Assembly: GCA_002633005.1 (NCBI GenBank)
Contig: NMRA01000054.1
Coordinates: 190,952-254,951, forward strand
From: Phoronis australis
Lineage: Eukaryota; Animalia; Phoronida
Direction: 5' to 3'
DNA length: 64,000 nt
Shown piece after piece: positions 24,010 through 36,470 of this stretch. Below the pieces are notes generated by a model. The model was not told the origin of the DNA and did no database searches. It worked only from the letters and a program-made list of their open reading frames with translations. Position 1 is the first letter of the stretch. Each line of letters opens with the position of its first letter. The translations under genes were made by a program, and so were the position numbers.

Positions 24010-25475
24010 CAATGCATCGCCTGTAAAAGCGTTAAAACCGTGAAATTCAAATTTGTAGCAAGCGCCACCTAGTGACTTCCTGCAAAACTGTGTGTACAAG
24101 TATAATCAGGAAAGAAACAATTTGTAAATAAATTGCTGTTTTAAGGAAAGCCTCCCAACTGATACACGTACACACATGTGTTAACATATAAAAACCTTAG
24201 TAATATTATTCCAAATGTTACTCAATCGTGATTTGCCGGAAAGGTGAAATCAACAAATAATAAAAGCACTCTCTGAAAGGTTGTCTTTTGTGGTCTGGAA
24301 AAACCAGCCTCGTCCCCAAGCCTCAAGTAGAAGCCTTCATGCGTAAGATGGTGGTAATCGGTTTAGTCGTTTAAGGCTTGGTTATGAGAAATGAAATGTG
24401 CAATTTTTACAGAAATGAAGAAATATCACGAGTGATATAAAGTTTTATCAACTTTGAAATTTTCTGCAGTATGATATAAAAATGAAAACTAACTGCATAG
24501 TGCAGCAATTTAGGTCTAAATTATTGCGAAAACGGTGTATTTTGATTCGAAAACAAATTACTTTCTATAATACTATTAACAAAAAATTGAAAATTAGTAC
24601 GCCAACAACCGTTATTTCAAATAATAACAAAAGTAATGCCTTCTGCTTTATGAATGGCAGCAACTACGCCAGTGAAAATAATTAAAATCTGTCTTTGTTT
24701 TAATGATGTCAAGGCAGCGGCCAATCATCGCGGAGAAGGTAATTCCCATAACCAAGCCTCAAATGCCTAAACCGATCAGCGTCATCTTGAGGCTTGGCGA
24801 CGAGGCTGTGAAACAACAGGCCATGCTGTGGAAAGTGTCATAATTTTTCACATGGAATTAGCCTACTCTGTAAATAGGTAGGTATCTTAATTTTCCTATA
24901 CCATTCCACATTCAAAAAGATACCGTTAGTAAAATGTCTCTACAGTCAAGTCCCTGCAAGATCTTAGTGTGTGCAGAAACTGAAAGCCACCGACAACTGA
25001 GGTGCAAGGCTTCTTGGTCGACACTCCTCAGGGTGACCACAACGAAAGCATTCGTTCTGAATTTTCATTTGCCGTTATTTTGGGAAATGTTCAGCATCGT
25101 GCCATTTTGCGTCTCTTGTAATGCAAATTCTAGGTAATTACAGACACTTTTTGTCCACATTTCTTTTGACGACACAGGAATTCCTGGGAAACCCCCACAG
25201 TTTTGTCGTTTCCGGCCTAGTGAAACAAGGCACAAATTTATCATTTGTTTATTTCATTATGAAATAACGATTGTGTAAGTTGTGGAATTTCTAGTTTTTT
25301 TATGGGTTCACACTTGTTTTTAAGTGTATCTGTTGTGGTGCTTTCTTTTAAATCGCAATTTATTTTCATGTTTCTTTTATTGATTATACTTGTACACACA
25401 GTTCTGCAGGAAGTCACTAGGTGACGCTGGCTAAAAATTTGAATTTTCACGGTTTTTATGAGACATTGCATGTTA
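24010..25475. mobile_element. Old TIR element with ~230-bp inverted arms (Kolobok-like family), carrying a nested MITE
   Basis: ~24030-24262 is the inverted copy of ~25243-25475. A third arm copy at 44381-44606 ends in ...gcatct|ttaa. Confidence 0.6.
24305..24808. mobile_element. 504-bp MITE with a degenerate 9-bp TSD (possibly AcademH-like)
   Basis: TIRs cagcctcgtccccaagcctcaag / cttgaggcttggcgacgaggctg, extended by further subterminal inverted similarity. Flanks tggaaaaac / tgaaacaac match at 7 of 9. Confidence 0.75.
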
Positions 25476-28400
25476 GATCCTGTAATAGGACTGCTCAACC
25501 GATTTACTTTTGATTGATAAAATAAAGTATACTAAACAATATGTAAGGAAATATTTACTTGTGAATAATAGATATAAATAAGGCAATTATCTCCTTTTCA
25601 TTTTTGTCCTAAATACGCAAATTATATATCACATGACCAAAAAGTCGTGATTATGGCTGTCTTTCAAGGATTGTTAACATAGGGCTAAGTAAACAGCATT
25701 GTTAATAGGATTGAATTTAACTTAAAGAGCAAAGAATTGAAGAACATCAAAAAGGACAAAGTCTGTAGCACCTTTGCAGGGCCAGCGGTTTGTTGTGATG
25801 TCACTGACTCCATGGTGACCGAAATAGTACCCGTGATCCCGAAAGGGATGCAGCTGGCGAGGAGCGGTACTGGAATCGTTTCCCTCCTACCACCCTGAGA
25901 ATAAATTCTCGTTCATATTTTCTCATACGAATAATTAATTTGGTCAAAAATGCCAAAGAACAGCTTTGTTTGGTAATTTAAAAAATTCAGTTATCCTACC
26001 TGTCCTAAAATTGCTGTCAGCAAAGCATCCCTACTTTATTATTCAACCTCACTTAATCTATAGGCTTCGTGAGAAAAGTCAACAACAGGAATTATTAAAC
26101 CAAGTACGATACATGTACTTGTCTGTATCGTCTCCTGGACGGCTCAAGTTTCACTAAAAAGTTGCACAATCCACAATCGAAACTCGTGCCGTGCACATTC
26201 GCGTAGACAACTGTATCCGATTTGTGAGCTTTATTTTCATTTTGTATAATAATACCAGGGAAACGGCCCTGGGTTGCATAAAACTTAAAACTTATCAGAT
26301 GTCACTCCTTTCAAAAGAATTTCCGTGTAACGTACCAGACCAGCAAGCAAATACCAGATAACTAACGTTTGTTTGGCATACCTTCATTTATAGCTAACTT
26401 GTGGGTGTATTGAAGACACTTCTGCGTCATTCATGTGACACGTTTATTAAGTATTTACATTTGGTAATTTAGATATTGAGTAATTTATATTCCAATATTT
26501 CGCAACTTACCTAATTGAATGGTTAATATCCTTTCTCGTCGTCAGAGTGCTTGGCAAAACTTGAACAGCAAATTTCCATAAAAAGTATAGTATTCTGTGA
26601 CTTTGAACAAATATTTCTTAGTTATTTGCATACATATGCGGTCAGCAGTGGAGGGTTTTGAAAAAAAAATGTTGTGAGCACACTGAAATAGTCTATTAAG
26701 TAATATAATGGAAGGCGGAGTCTTGGGTGCGGGCGAAAACCAACAATTAGTGTTAAAAACTGTGATCATTTTCACCGTGCGTGATACAAGTTCCGTATTG
26801 CGAATATACTATTAGTAATAAACAAGGATACTAAAGCAAGCTTTTTGCGTATAGTTGAGACGAACCCATGATTTTACATTTATTTTGTCTAAAACTGTTA
26901 CGGCTTGCACGTGGAGTGTTACGGTAGTTTTTATGTGGCTAATGATACTTTTAGCTACTTCTTAGGTAAAGCACGTGCAAATTGACCGGTCAACAGATAG
27001 ACTTTATGTGATATGGTTCAGCCATCTTTGGTTCAGCATCAGTTCAGTCGTATAGTCTGACGGCCGTTTCCTTTCAACTTTGGTTTGCGTTTCCGCTGGA
27101 TATTTAAATTATTGCATTAAAAGGTCTTTATGCTTGGTCGTCTCGACACATGTTTTCACGAGCATGTTTTCGCGACGCATGGGATACAACTTGACCGTAT
27201 GCGAATATCTAGGCCTACTTAGCCGAAAGATAAAATACTATTGAACACCGAATATCTTTATCAATATGTGTCGATGGTCATAACGCTGTTAATTGGAAGA
27301 AGACTGGACGGTCTGTTTCGCCGTTTCGTTAATTTATGTACAGACAAACACTGGCTTAAGTGATGAAAACGGGAATTTGCTATCTCGTCATGCTGAACAT
27401 GCTGATCAATTTTTTACAAAAAACGACTCGAACAAAGTCTGATTAGGCTGTTTTTTCACGCGAACAAATGCATGTTTTCGCTGACTGGTGACGATAAAAT
27501 TCTTATGCTGTGACTAAAAATTCGAAAGAAAAAACCGAAGCGAGAATTTTCAATTAGTTAATTGCCAATTTTCAGTCCGCTCAGAATGGTTACTAATGGT
27601 TACAGTCGTACAAAAGTCGTATTTTAATTTTGTGACAAACTGCGACAGAAAGGTAGATGCATTGCTTTGAGACCTACAGGCCCACTGACATAAGGGATGA
27701 TGTATTTTGATGATCCTGCTCAGCCAGCCTACCTCCGTGTTTGAGGAATTTGGGAAGTATACGTAATGTTTTTTCTAATTGTGCAACATAGTAATGGCGG
27801 CTTTCACGTGGTCGCCGCCATTTTTATAGTATAGTGACAAGATTTTTCGTCTAGCCTATGTGGCACGTGACCAGTTGTTATTTCACGTATAGCCCTTAGG
27901 CGGCGCTCCCGCTGGTCACCCGCTATAAGTTGCAAATATAACTACGTACAAAAAGGGACCAACTGTCACAATTCTACTCCTATTTTATGATTTGTTAGGT
28001 TCCATATAAGTCCATTAGGTCTGTCATCAGTCAACCAACATCCCAGTAAATCAATAGGATAGGTACTAATCATTTCACCTACTAGTTCGGGAACAATCAG
28101 ATAAATGAATTAAGGATGGAGAATTTATGTTTAGTAAATCACAGTTTTAAATCAACACATCACCTCATGTGATGTAAACGAAGAAAATCCCGATAACGAT
28201 GAGGCACTTCAACAAGGCGACTCTCAATAATTTGGGTTGGATTTATCTCCCCAAAAACTGACGACTCTTGGGTTGTTTGAGTATTTTGAGTTTTGTACTG
28301 TGTTTGAGTATTACGAATGACGTTTGACTGTTTCGTGAGCTTATTCTATTTGAAAACATGCCATTTTTGCTCAGTGTTTAACATTTTACAACCAAGTAGA

Positions 28401-28617
28401 AGCTGAATGACGGGTGATTTTTAGACACTACAGATTTATGAAACGTTCGTGAGTTCGGCACATACATGTAGCCTTTAACCTGATTTCTACAATCTCGATA
28501 GCTCCTACACTTTGAATGCACTGGCAGTCCATGCGAACCGAGGCTCTGGGGTGAAAACGGCTATTTTTTTATTTTTGCTTGTTTTTAAGTTGTGGGCAGC
28601 AGCACAGTTGAAAGCTG

Positions 28618-28838
28618 TGTTACGCCCTGTTAGCCAAAGTCAATTAAAACTTCATATAAAACGGTTTAGAAATGGTTTATTAGACTGAACACCGATAGCA
28701 CAACTTACAAACTGAAAAGCAAAACAAGAAAAACTCTCACGAGAGCTCAGAACAAGTCAACTTTCGCGAATTCGCGATGCGAGTTGCGTCTCACATGAAA
28801 TAGTGTTTAACAATAAGAGTAACACGACATTAGTAACA
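28618..28838 (-). repeat. 3' LTR (221 bp) of the Gmr1-like element
   Basis: Starts TGTTAC directly after the PPT AAAGGAGGGAGG (28839-28850) and ends GTAACA. Internal AATAAA on the minus strand at 28676-28681. Confidence 0.8.
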
Positions 28839-28899
28839 CCTCCCTCCTTTAGCAGTTTTCTTACAAAGAAAACAATACTTGGGCACTGTCAAAACATCT

Positions 28900-30157
28900 T
28901 AGATAAACCGTCTGGCAAAACATTGTCACAGCCCTAAACATGATGTATAACAATATCGAACTCTTGTAGCAACAAACTCCATCTAAGCAAGCGCTGGTTC
29001 TTATTCTTCATCTTGTGCAAAAAGGTCAAAGGACTGTGATCAGAGTATACACTAATAGGCCACATTACTGGTGATAAATACACATCAAAACGTTGTAACG
29101 ACATCAATAAGGCCAGGTACTCCTTCTCAATAGTTAAATACTTCTTTTGATGACTATCAAACTTCTTTGAAAAGTAAGCAATAGGTTTTTCAACGCCAAC
29201 TTGAAACTGCTGTAACACAGAACCAGCCCCTACATCACTGGCATCTACCATCAACTTGAATGGCTTCTCAAAATCAGGTGTTGCTAGAATCTGCTTATTG
29301 ACAAGCAAGGCTTTACTGTTTTGAAAAGCACTTTCACAACGATCTGACCAACAAAAAGTGACGTCATTCTTTAACAACTCAGTTAAAGGACAAACCACCG
29401 ACGCAAAATTTGGGCAAAACTTCCTGTAGAATCCTATCATTCCCAAATATCTCATTAAACGCTTGCAATTAGTTGGTGCAGGATATCTCAATATGGCATC
29501 AACCTTAGCATCAATGGGCCTAACTTGGCCACATCCAACCACATGACCCAAATACCTAACAGTGGCCCGACCGAACTCACTTTTAGCCAAATTAATAGTT
29601 AAGTTTGCTTCCGATAACCTAACTAACAACTCGCGAATATGTGTAACATGTTCATCCAAGCTTTTGTTGTAAACAATCAAATCGTCAATATATGCCCCAC
29701 AAAAAGATAAACCACCAATAACTTGATTAACCATCCGTTGAAAAGTAGCGGCGGCATTTTTTATCCCGAACGGCCTTGTAGGCATAGAGCGAACTGGGCG
29801 TGACAAAAGCGGAAATGCTCTTCGCTCTCTCATTCAGAGGAACTGTCAATAACCCTTAAGTAAATCAAATTTAGTAACGACATGGGCATTACCTATACGA
29901 TCAATACCGTCCGGTTTAGGAACCAATATGCACGGGGAACTCCACTCACCGAAAGCAGGCTCAATAATCCCATTTTTAAGCATATAATCTATCTCAGATT
30001 GCAAGTGTTTCACTGTCAAAGGATTAGCCCTATAGGTATACTGTTCAATGGGCGCAGCATCACTAACGTCATGACAAGCAGCAGTAATTATGTTAGGGAC
30101 ATCTGGAAACACACCCTCAAACTCAAACAACAACTCTAAAAATTTGTTCCTGCTCAC
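28900..30157 (-). pseudogene. Reverse transcriptase-RNase H (Gypsy type), disrupted
   Basis: Motifs WSSPCILVPKPDG, TKFDLLKGY, PFGIKNAAATFQR, AYIDD, YLGHVVG, VDASDVGAG, RLLRWSLLLQEF. There is an internal deletion and frameshifts. Confidence 0.9.
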
Positions 30158-30175
30158 GTGACAGATGTTTAAACT

Positions 30176-31250
30176 TCAAATCATTATCACAAGAACGGCA
30201 GAAATATTCAACCTAGGTTTACAACCTACTATATCATTATCAGCACACACGCTGGGTTCATCTGCAGATTCACTCGAAGCTAACTGACTACTACTAGTTG
30301 CAGAACAAATCGAAACAGATTTGTCGGAACCATTCCGAACAAAATACGGCTTCAACATATTTACATGAGACAGACGTAAATTCTTCTTGCGATCTGGGGT
30401 TTTGATAACATAATCTGGATGGGAAACTTTCCGCTGAATCACATAAGGCCCGGAATATCTAGTTTGAAGTGGGTTGCCCACAATGGGTAGTAACACAAGT
30501 ATATGATCACTGGGCTCAAATTCTCGTACCATGGAATCCTTATCATACCAAGATTTCATCTTACCCTGCGACACCATCAAATTCTCTCTCGCAACCTTGC
30601 ATACTGCATACAGTTTCTCTTTGAAAACGGAAACATTATCGAGCAAAATGAGAGGTTTATCCTCTGATAACCATTTCTCTTTCAACAACTTCAAAGCGCC
30701 CCTAACAGAATGGCCAAAAACCAATTCGATCTGACTATATCCTAATGATTCCTGTACTGCCTCCCGGCTAGCAAACAGCAGGAAGGGTACACCTTCATCC
30801 CAATCTCTATTGTTCTCAAGACAATAATTGCGAAACATGTTCTTCAAAGTTTGATTATACCTCTCCTGTGCCCCTTGTGACTGAGGATGGTAAGTCACAT
30901 GTGTAATACCCAGCTGCAAGGTAACCTGTCGAAACAACTTTGACAAAAAATTGAGGCCTGGTCAGACCGTATACACTTAGGCAAACCAACATAACTGAAG
31001 AATTTAACCAGAGCCTTCACTACAGTCTTAGCCTTAATATTCCTCAGGGGAATAGCCTCTGGGAAACGTGTTGACGCACACATGTCAGTAAATACGAATT
31101 CCCGGTTTTGGTTCTAGGCAGTGGACCAACGCAGTCTATAAGAACCCTATTAAATGGTTCCTGAAAAGCTTGAATAGGCTTTAAAGGGGCCACCGGTACA
31201 TGCTGATTAGGCTTCCCAAATTTTTGACAAATGTCAGAGGTCTTACTGCA
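30176..31250 (-). pseudogene. Retroviral-type integrase (rve + GPY/F), disrupted
   Basis: Motifs CQKFGKPNQ, DCVGPLPRTK, TRFPEAIPL, RSDQ, YHPQSQGAQERYNQTLK, YSGPY, HVNMLKPY spread over shifted frames. Confidence 0.9.
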
Positions 31251-32146
31251 ATGACCAATGAGCTATATGCATAGACTTGATTTATCTCGTTGGTGCAAGT
31301 GATTTTTTCAAAAATGGCTGCCAAATAGCTTAGAAGGCATGCACTCGTCTTATTACCAGATTTTATATCAGGAGCTTTTTGGCAACATGCCATGTAAAAA
31401 GATTCTTGGCCGACTTGACTTTATGTGAAAATGTGCCTGACATTCCAAAGTTAGCAGCACCAGTTATAAGGTGTTGACAATGGTAAAGAGCGCGTGACTG
31501 TCCCAATGTGTCGAAATCGTGCACCACGTGTGTCTTCACAATGCCTAAGAACGTTCCATAGCGCAGTAAAAAACGCGTTTTCGAAACTTCGGTATAATTA
31601 CGATTAGTAACGTTCGGACAAAATCTCGGACGGGGGCACATCATCGCAATTCTACGACGGCAAAGTTTTATTTTAAATAATCATTCTATTTTGCATATAA
31701 GCGACAATGAAGGAAGCAATTTCTCTCCTTATGTTCCTAATCGTAGGCGGACTGGTGTCATCAGTGTGGGCGAAGTTAAGAAGTTGTGAAAGTTGAAGCA
31801 GAATCTGAAAATGTAGGAAAAATCGATCAATTTACTTCGTTTATAAGTTTCGAGCGACAATTGAGGGTTGGTAACATGTTGCTTGTATTAATTTTGATTA
31901 GATATTTCTTGGGGATACGGTTATCAAGTTAACTGATTTTTGACATCTTTTTGTGAGATAGCGCAACATTCCAAAAATCAGTATTCGCTTTCGATATTAA
32001 GAGCAAGAACGGGGTAAATGTTAAGTGACCAATTGGACAACTACACCCAGGCAATGTAAAACTCTGATTTTTAAATACATATAATTGCTTAATACTACAT
32101 GGATGGCCAGTAATGAAATATATCAAATAAACATAGAAAAATCAGA

Positions 32147-32219
32147 AACCCCAACTGGGAATCGAACCACAGGTCTCTAGATTGCCGGTTTAGTGCTCTC
32201 ACCAATGAGCTACTGAGGA
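32147..32219 (-). other. tRNA-like sequence (SINE head or tRNA pseudogene)
   Basis: Minus strand reads TCCTCAGTAGCTCATTGGTGAGAGCACTAAACCGGCAATCTAGAGACCTGTGGTTCGATTCCCAGTTGGGG. A box and B box are present; the cloverleaf stems are imperfect. Confidence 0.65.
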
Positions 32220-32530
32220 CCTGATATCTGAGCAATTACTGTTTACAGCCAACTGTCAAGTCATACATCACATGAGCGGCGTTTCGCCTTTTCGCGCGGG
32301 ATTTGAACAATTGTTTTTTGATGTTGATGTCTCAAATAGTAAATACTGGACAGATGCAAAATGTGACAAAAAGCAACGAGATACAGGTGAGAAGAAAAAC
32401 ACAGTCGTGTAAACCAGTGAAACGATATAGCTCTTTAAAAGTATCATGGTGTCGCCACTGTTGATTTAGACGATTTCGTCTAAGTCACCTTGAGTTTTAT
32501 GAAATGCATAGTGGGACAATTGTCAGTTAA

Positions 32531-33820
32531 AGGCGAAGTCAACCTTTTTTCAAAAATAAGGTCTGTTGATTATCCCAGACATATTTTTCACTTAATTACA
32601 GCTTTTCGTAATTTAATTAATTTCTCGTCCTCTACTCCGGAAGTGACGTTTTGGGAGGCAAGAATTTCGCGCCAATTTCTTTTCATACAGTCAGACTGTG
32701 AGATCTGTTAAGTCAGTAATTGTTCTACCTTGGATGTGATAAGTTCGGTCGTCCTTTGCTTTTGTTTGCGAGTCAGTCAACATGCCACGCTGTTGCTGCG
32801 TACCAGGATGATTCATTATCGTCCCACACTCGCTTTGGGTACCTTGCATCGCTTTCCAAAGGATGACACACTTTGCCATACTTGGCTAGCTCGTTCGTGT
32901 GAAGAACGCAGCGCTACACGCTCACGCAACGTACAAAGCAGTGGCAAGCATTTTCAGCCGTCAGATTGTGACAGAGATATGTACGCCGAATTGATGAAGG
33001 TCCCTGCGAAACAACGCCTGAAGAAGGTTCCATACCGTCGCTGCTGATTCCTGGCCGGGCAGTGCCCCTTCGCCACACCCGAGAAGTGCGTTTTTGAAGC
33101 CAGAAGCCTCGCGAGCTGTGGCCAACAGTGACTGGAGGCACTTCACCTTCTGTCACTCATGCCTCCGAACGTACCCCATAGCGTGCAATTCCAGGAACTA
33201 GCAGTGATTCCCCGTGTGCTGTTGTCTCTAGCCCATAGCCTGTAAGCAGCCCTGCAGCGATGTTGAGTAGTGGGAGTGAATACAGGCCCAGTTTGGCACC
33301 CAGTGAAAAGTACAGTTCGTCATCCAATGAACAGATAGCTGAGCCTAAGTTAATTGTGGACTTGTATTGAAGCTATTTAGAAGGTGCCACGTGTGTGACG
33401 AGGGAGTCGCACGGCGGTACTTTGTAAGCAGTTTGAGTTTTCAAGTCACCATCCACTGAGAATGTGTCGCGGTACACTCGGGCAAGTGTGACAGTTCTTC
33501 TTCTGTACGTGAGACGATAATGAGTACATCTCGGTATGCAGCAACAGCGTGGCATGTTGACTGACTCGTAAACAAAAGCAAACGACGACCGAACTTATCA
33601 CCACCGAGGTAGAACAATGACCGACTCGACTGCTCTCACAGTCAGACTGTATGAAAAGAAATTGGCGCGAAATTCTTGCCTCCCAAAACGTCACTTCCGG
33701 AGTAGAGGACGAGAAATTAATTAAATTACGAAAAGCTGTAAATAAGTGAAAAATATGTCTGGGATAATCGACGAACCCTATTTTTGATAAAAATGACATG
33801 AAAAAAGGTTGCCTTTGCCT
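32531..33820. mobile_element. Kolobok-like non-autonomous DNA transposon with TTAA TSD, ~300-bp TIRs and a THAP remnant
   Basis: ttaa|AGGCGAAG...CTTTGCCT|ttaa. Near-identical inverted arms at 32531-~32830 and ~33505-33820. A THAP-like coding remnant lies inside. Confidence 0.85.
32782..33040 (+). pseudogene. THAP (C2CH) DNA-binding domain remnant
   Basis: MPRCCCVPG*...LHRFPKD...W...SGKHF...RLKK.(S)IPS matches the THAP pattern, with stops and frameshifts. Confidence 0.75.
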
Positions 33821-34037
33821 TTAAATTGTCTTGAAATTGGAGCCCGTGCTTGACCTATGTTTAGGATAAGTTTGTAAGCTTTACGCACTTTACACTAGTT
33901 TCTAGACTGTTCCGATCTATTCTGGCGCATGGTTGGTCATAAAATGACTAAGAAAAGATGACAGCCACTCTCATCAAGGCCACACATTGGTCCCCTCATC
34001 AGATTAATAGTTTTATATTTTTAGTTTCACTTGTTGG

Positions 34038-34354
34038 TGTTCGCTCGGTATTGGAAACACATTTATAAACTCACACTATTCCGTCTAATGCGATGGTATT
34101 AGTTCGATAGAATAGGCAACACTGATGCAAACCTTATCCTAACAAACTGTATACTTGGTTTTTTTTATCATTCGCCTTCTCAGGTACTCAGATCAATGTT
34201 CGCTCGGTATTGGAAACACATTTATGAACTCACACTCTTCCGTGTAATGCGCTGGTATTAGTTCGATCGTAGTAATGACGCAATATGTAAACCTTATCTT
34301 TACAAACTGTATACTTGTTTTTGTATTATTTGTCTTCTAAGGTACTTAGATCAA
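34038..34354. repeat. Direct tandem duplication, 2 x ~159 bp
   Basis: Units start tgttcgctcggtattggaaacacattt at 34038 and 34197, and both end ...ggtactYagatcaa. Confidence 0.9.
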
Positions 34355-36119
34355 TTCATTTGATGTACAGAATAACAAAATAACCACCAGCGGTGTTTTA
34401 TTTATTTTCTGCCCCCTTTTAAATGCCAATGTAACGACGCCTATCAGGCTAGACAACCCATATGACTTTCCAAATAAGTAAATGTGACTGTTGACCTTTA
34501 AGCATCGATTTTTCTTTTGTTGAGACATTTCTTTCTATGGTTAAAAACGTTGCAACAAACAATGACGAATGTCTCGTTGAGTGTAGCGTGAGAGATGTCG
34601 CGACCTCTAGTGATTGCTCTAGTCGAAGTGGAGTTATTATTTTCCACTGCATCTATTTTGGGAAGAAATGGGTTGGCTGCTTGAGTCCGAGAGTTATGCT
34701 TTCTCATTTAGAGGAACTCTTACAGGAGAGTTGTGGTGTTAATGGGAAAGCGACATCTGATTGTGAATTGCAAAGTTTGATTGACTCAACGTAACTATAT
34801 AAAGAAACTTATTTTACAGAACACGCGCACATACGGTAACTTAGTGAGCTGTCAATATGTTGTTATTTCGTCTGCCACCTCTTTTTCCTTTTACCAAACA
34901 ATACACGGTTTTGTTCACCATCTTGAATACCTACGTAACACAGCCCTGGAGTACGATATGCATAACGTTAACTGATAACTTTCAAATGCATTATCTGCAG
35001 ACGTTTCCAAACGACATTAAAAAATTGTGTTACTGATATAAGCTACGGTCTTGTGGGTAAAGATACAAATTGTGACCGATATTAGTATTGATTATTTTCA
35101 CGCGGTATCGCATGAGAAAGAAATTAGCAAAATTTTAATTCAGATCTCACGTTTTTAATTTTTGTCGAGTCCATTGACGGCTAACATGTTTCCTATATTT
35201 TATCACTGACGATTTGCTTAACTCGCATCTCGTTAACATCTCACAAAAAATTTGGTACGAAGGAATACAACATTTGCCGAAAATCATGGTTTTATGGTGA
35301 TAGTAAACGGGAAGCAACCGGTAACGCTCTTCTACAGATTATATTTATAGACACGTGTATTTCTGTCATGTAAATCATGTACCCAAACTACCTTATCACA
35401 GTGATACTGACGCAAGGGCTCTAAACTACATTTTTCATGAAAAGACAATTATGATACCTCTGAGGGTTAGAAGCTTTTGTCTGTCCTAGTGACTTGTGTA
35501 TGCTATTTATACTGGCATATGAGTTCAGGCTGCAATCTATCCATGTGTTTCTAAGAGCACTACGGCAAAGTCACATTCGAGATTTGTTGGAATATATGAA
35601 ACATATGACCAATGATCCATATAAGATACTACATTGTTAAATTTACAAATTAGACAATAAATTGTGACGCTTTAGAGCATAGTGGGCGAACTTTAGAAGT
35701 GAAGTATCCGGAAATCAACATCAAAGTGATCCATGTTAGAGTATTAAACAAAACACGAGTTAAACTCAATTCATTGTCGGCAGAGTTCGTCCTCTCTCGT
35801 ATTGTCCTACATCAAAAACCTTGGCCCGAAATTACACCTTATACTACCACGTTGCTCTGTTCGGACGGCGATAATGAAATTTTTCCAAACGCTTTCGCTC
35901 GGACATCGGGTAGTTGACCAATAGTCCCATCAGTTAAAAGTCTTGTTTTTGGTATTTTTCGTCCAAGGTATCACATGGTACTTCAGAATTTTGACATATC
36001 TGCCATGTTAAACTGCCGAACCTTGGACTTACTCCAATTCCTCAGCCAGGTTATCAGGGTCACGGAAATATAGGTGGTATGTGGGGGTAAAACAGGGTTG
36101 ACTACCCAAGACCATTCAT

Positions 36120-36470
36120 GTCTATATGCACAAGCTGAACCACAATACCACGTTGCTTATATTTACCAGTATTATGGACCAACGTATCGACACCACTGCG
36201 CCCCTAAGCTGTCTACAACTGGGAATATCCCTGCTACCACACTACAGCCGGTCTGCTCACTCAGCAAGTCCGCAACCAACTCGCTCAGTATTATTGTTAT
36301 CGCTCATTGCTCAGTTTTGTTTACCAACTTTGTACTTTGTTTTATATTTTCCGTTTTGCTTGAACCCATCTTGTAGCGTGGCACTAAATAGTAACTACGG
36401 TATGCCATTCTGGCCCACTAAAATGGTGTTCCCGCTTTGTTTCGTGATGTTCTGTACCCATCTGGTAAGT
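36120..36470 (-). mobile_element. Second, more decayed copy of the CCAANTGGG-hairpin repeat (copy B)
   Basis: The reverse complement contains taccagatgggta, gctgagtgagcagacc and aacgtggtattgtgg, collinear with 10990-11280. Confidence 0.65.

Larger units (their letters stand above)
28618..31250 (-). mobile_element. 5'-truncated Gmr1-like (Gypsy group) LTR retrotransposon with INT-RT-RH order
   Basis: Reading the minus strand: integrase (~31250-30176), then RT (YIDD), RNase H (DAS...IEKE...SDH), PPT and 3' LTR. Contains frameshifts and stops. Confidence 0.9.
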
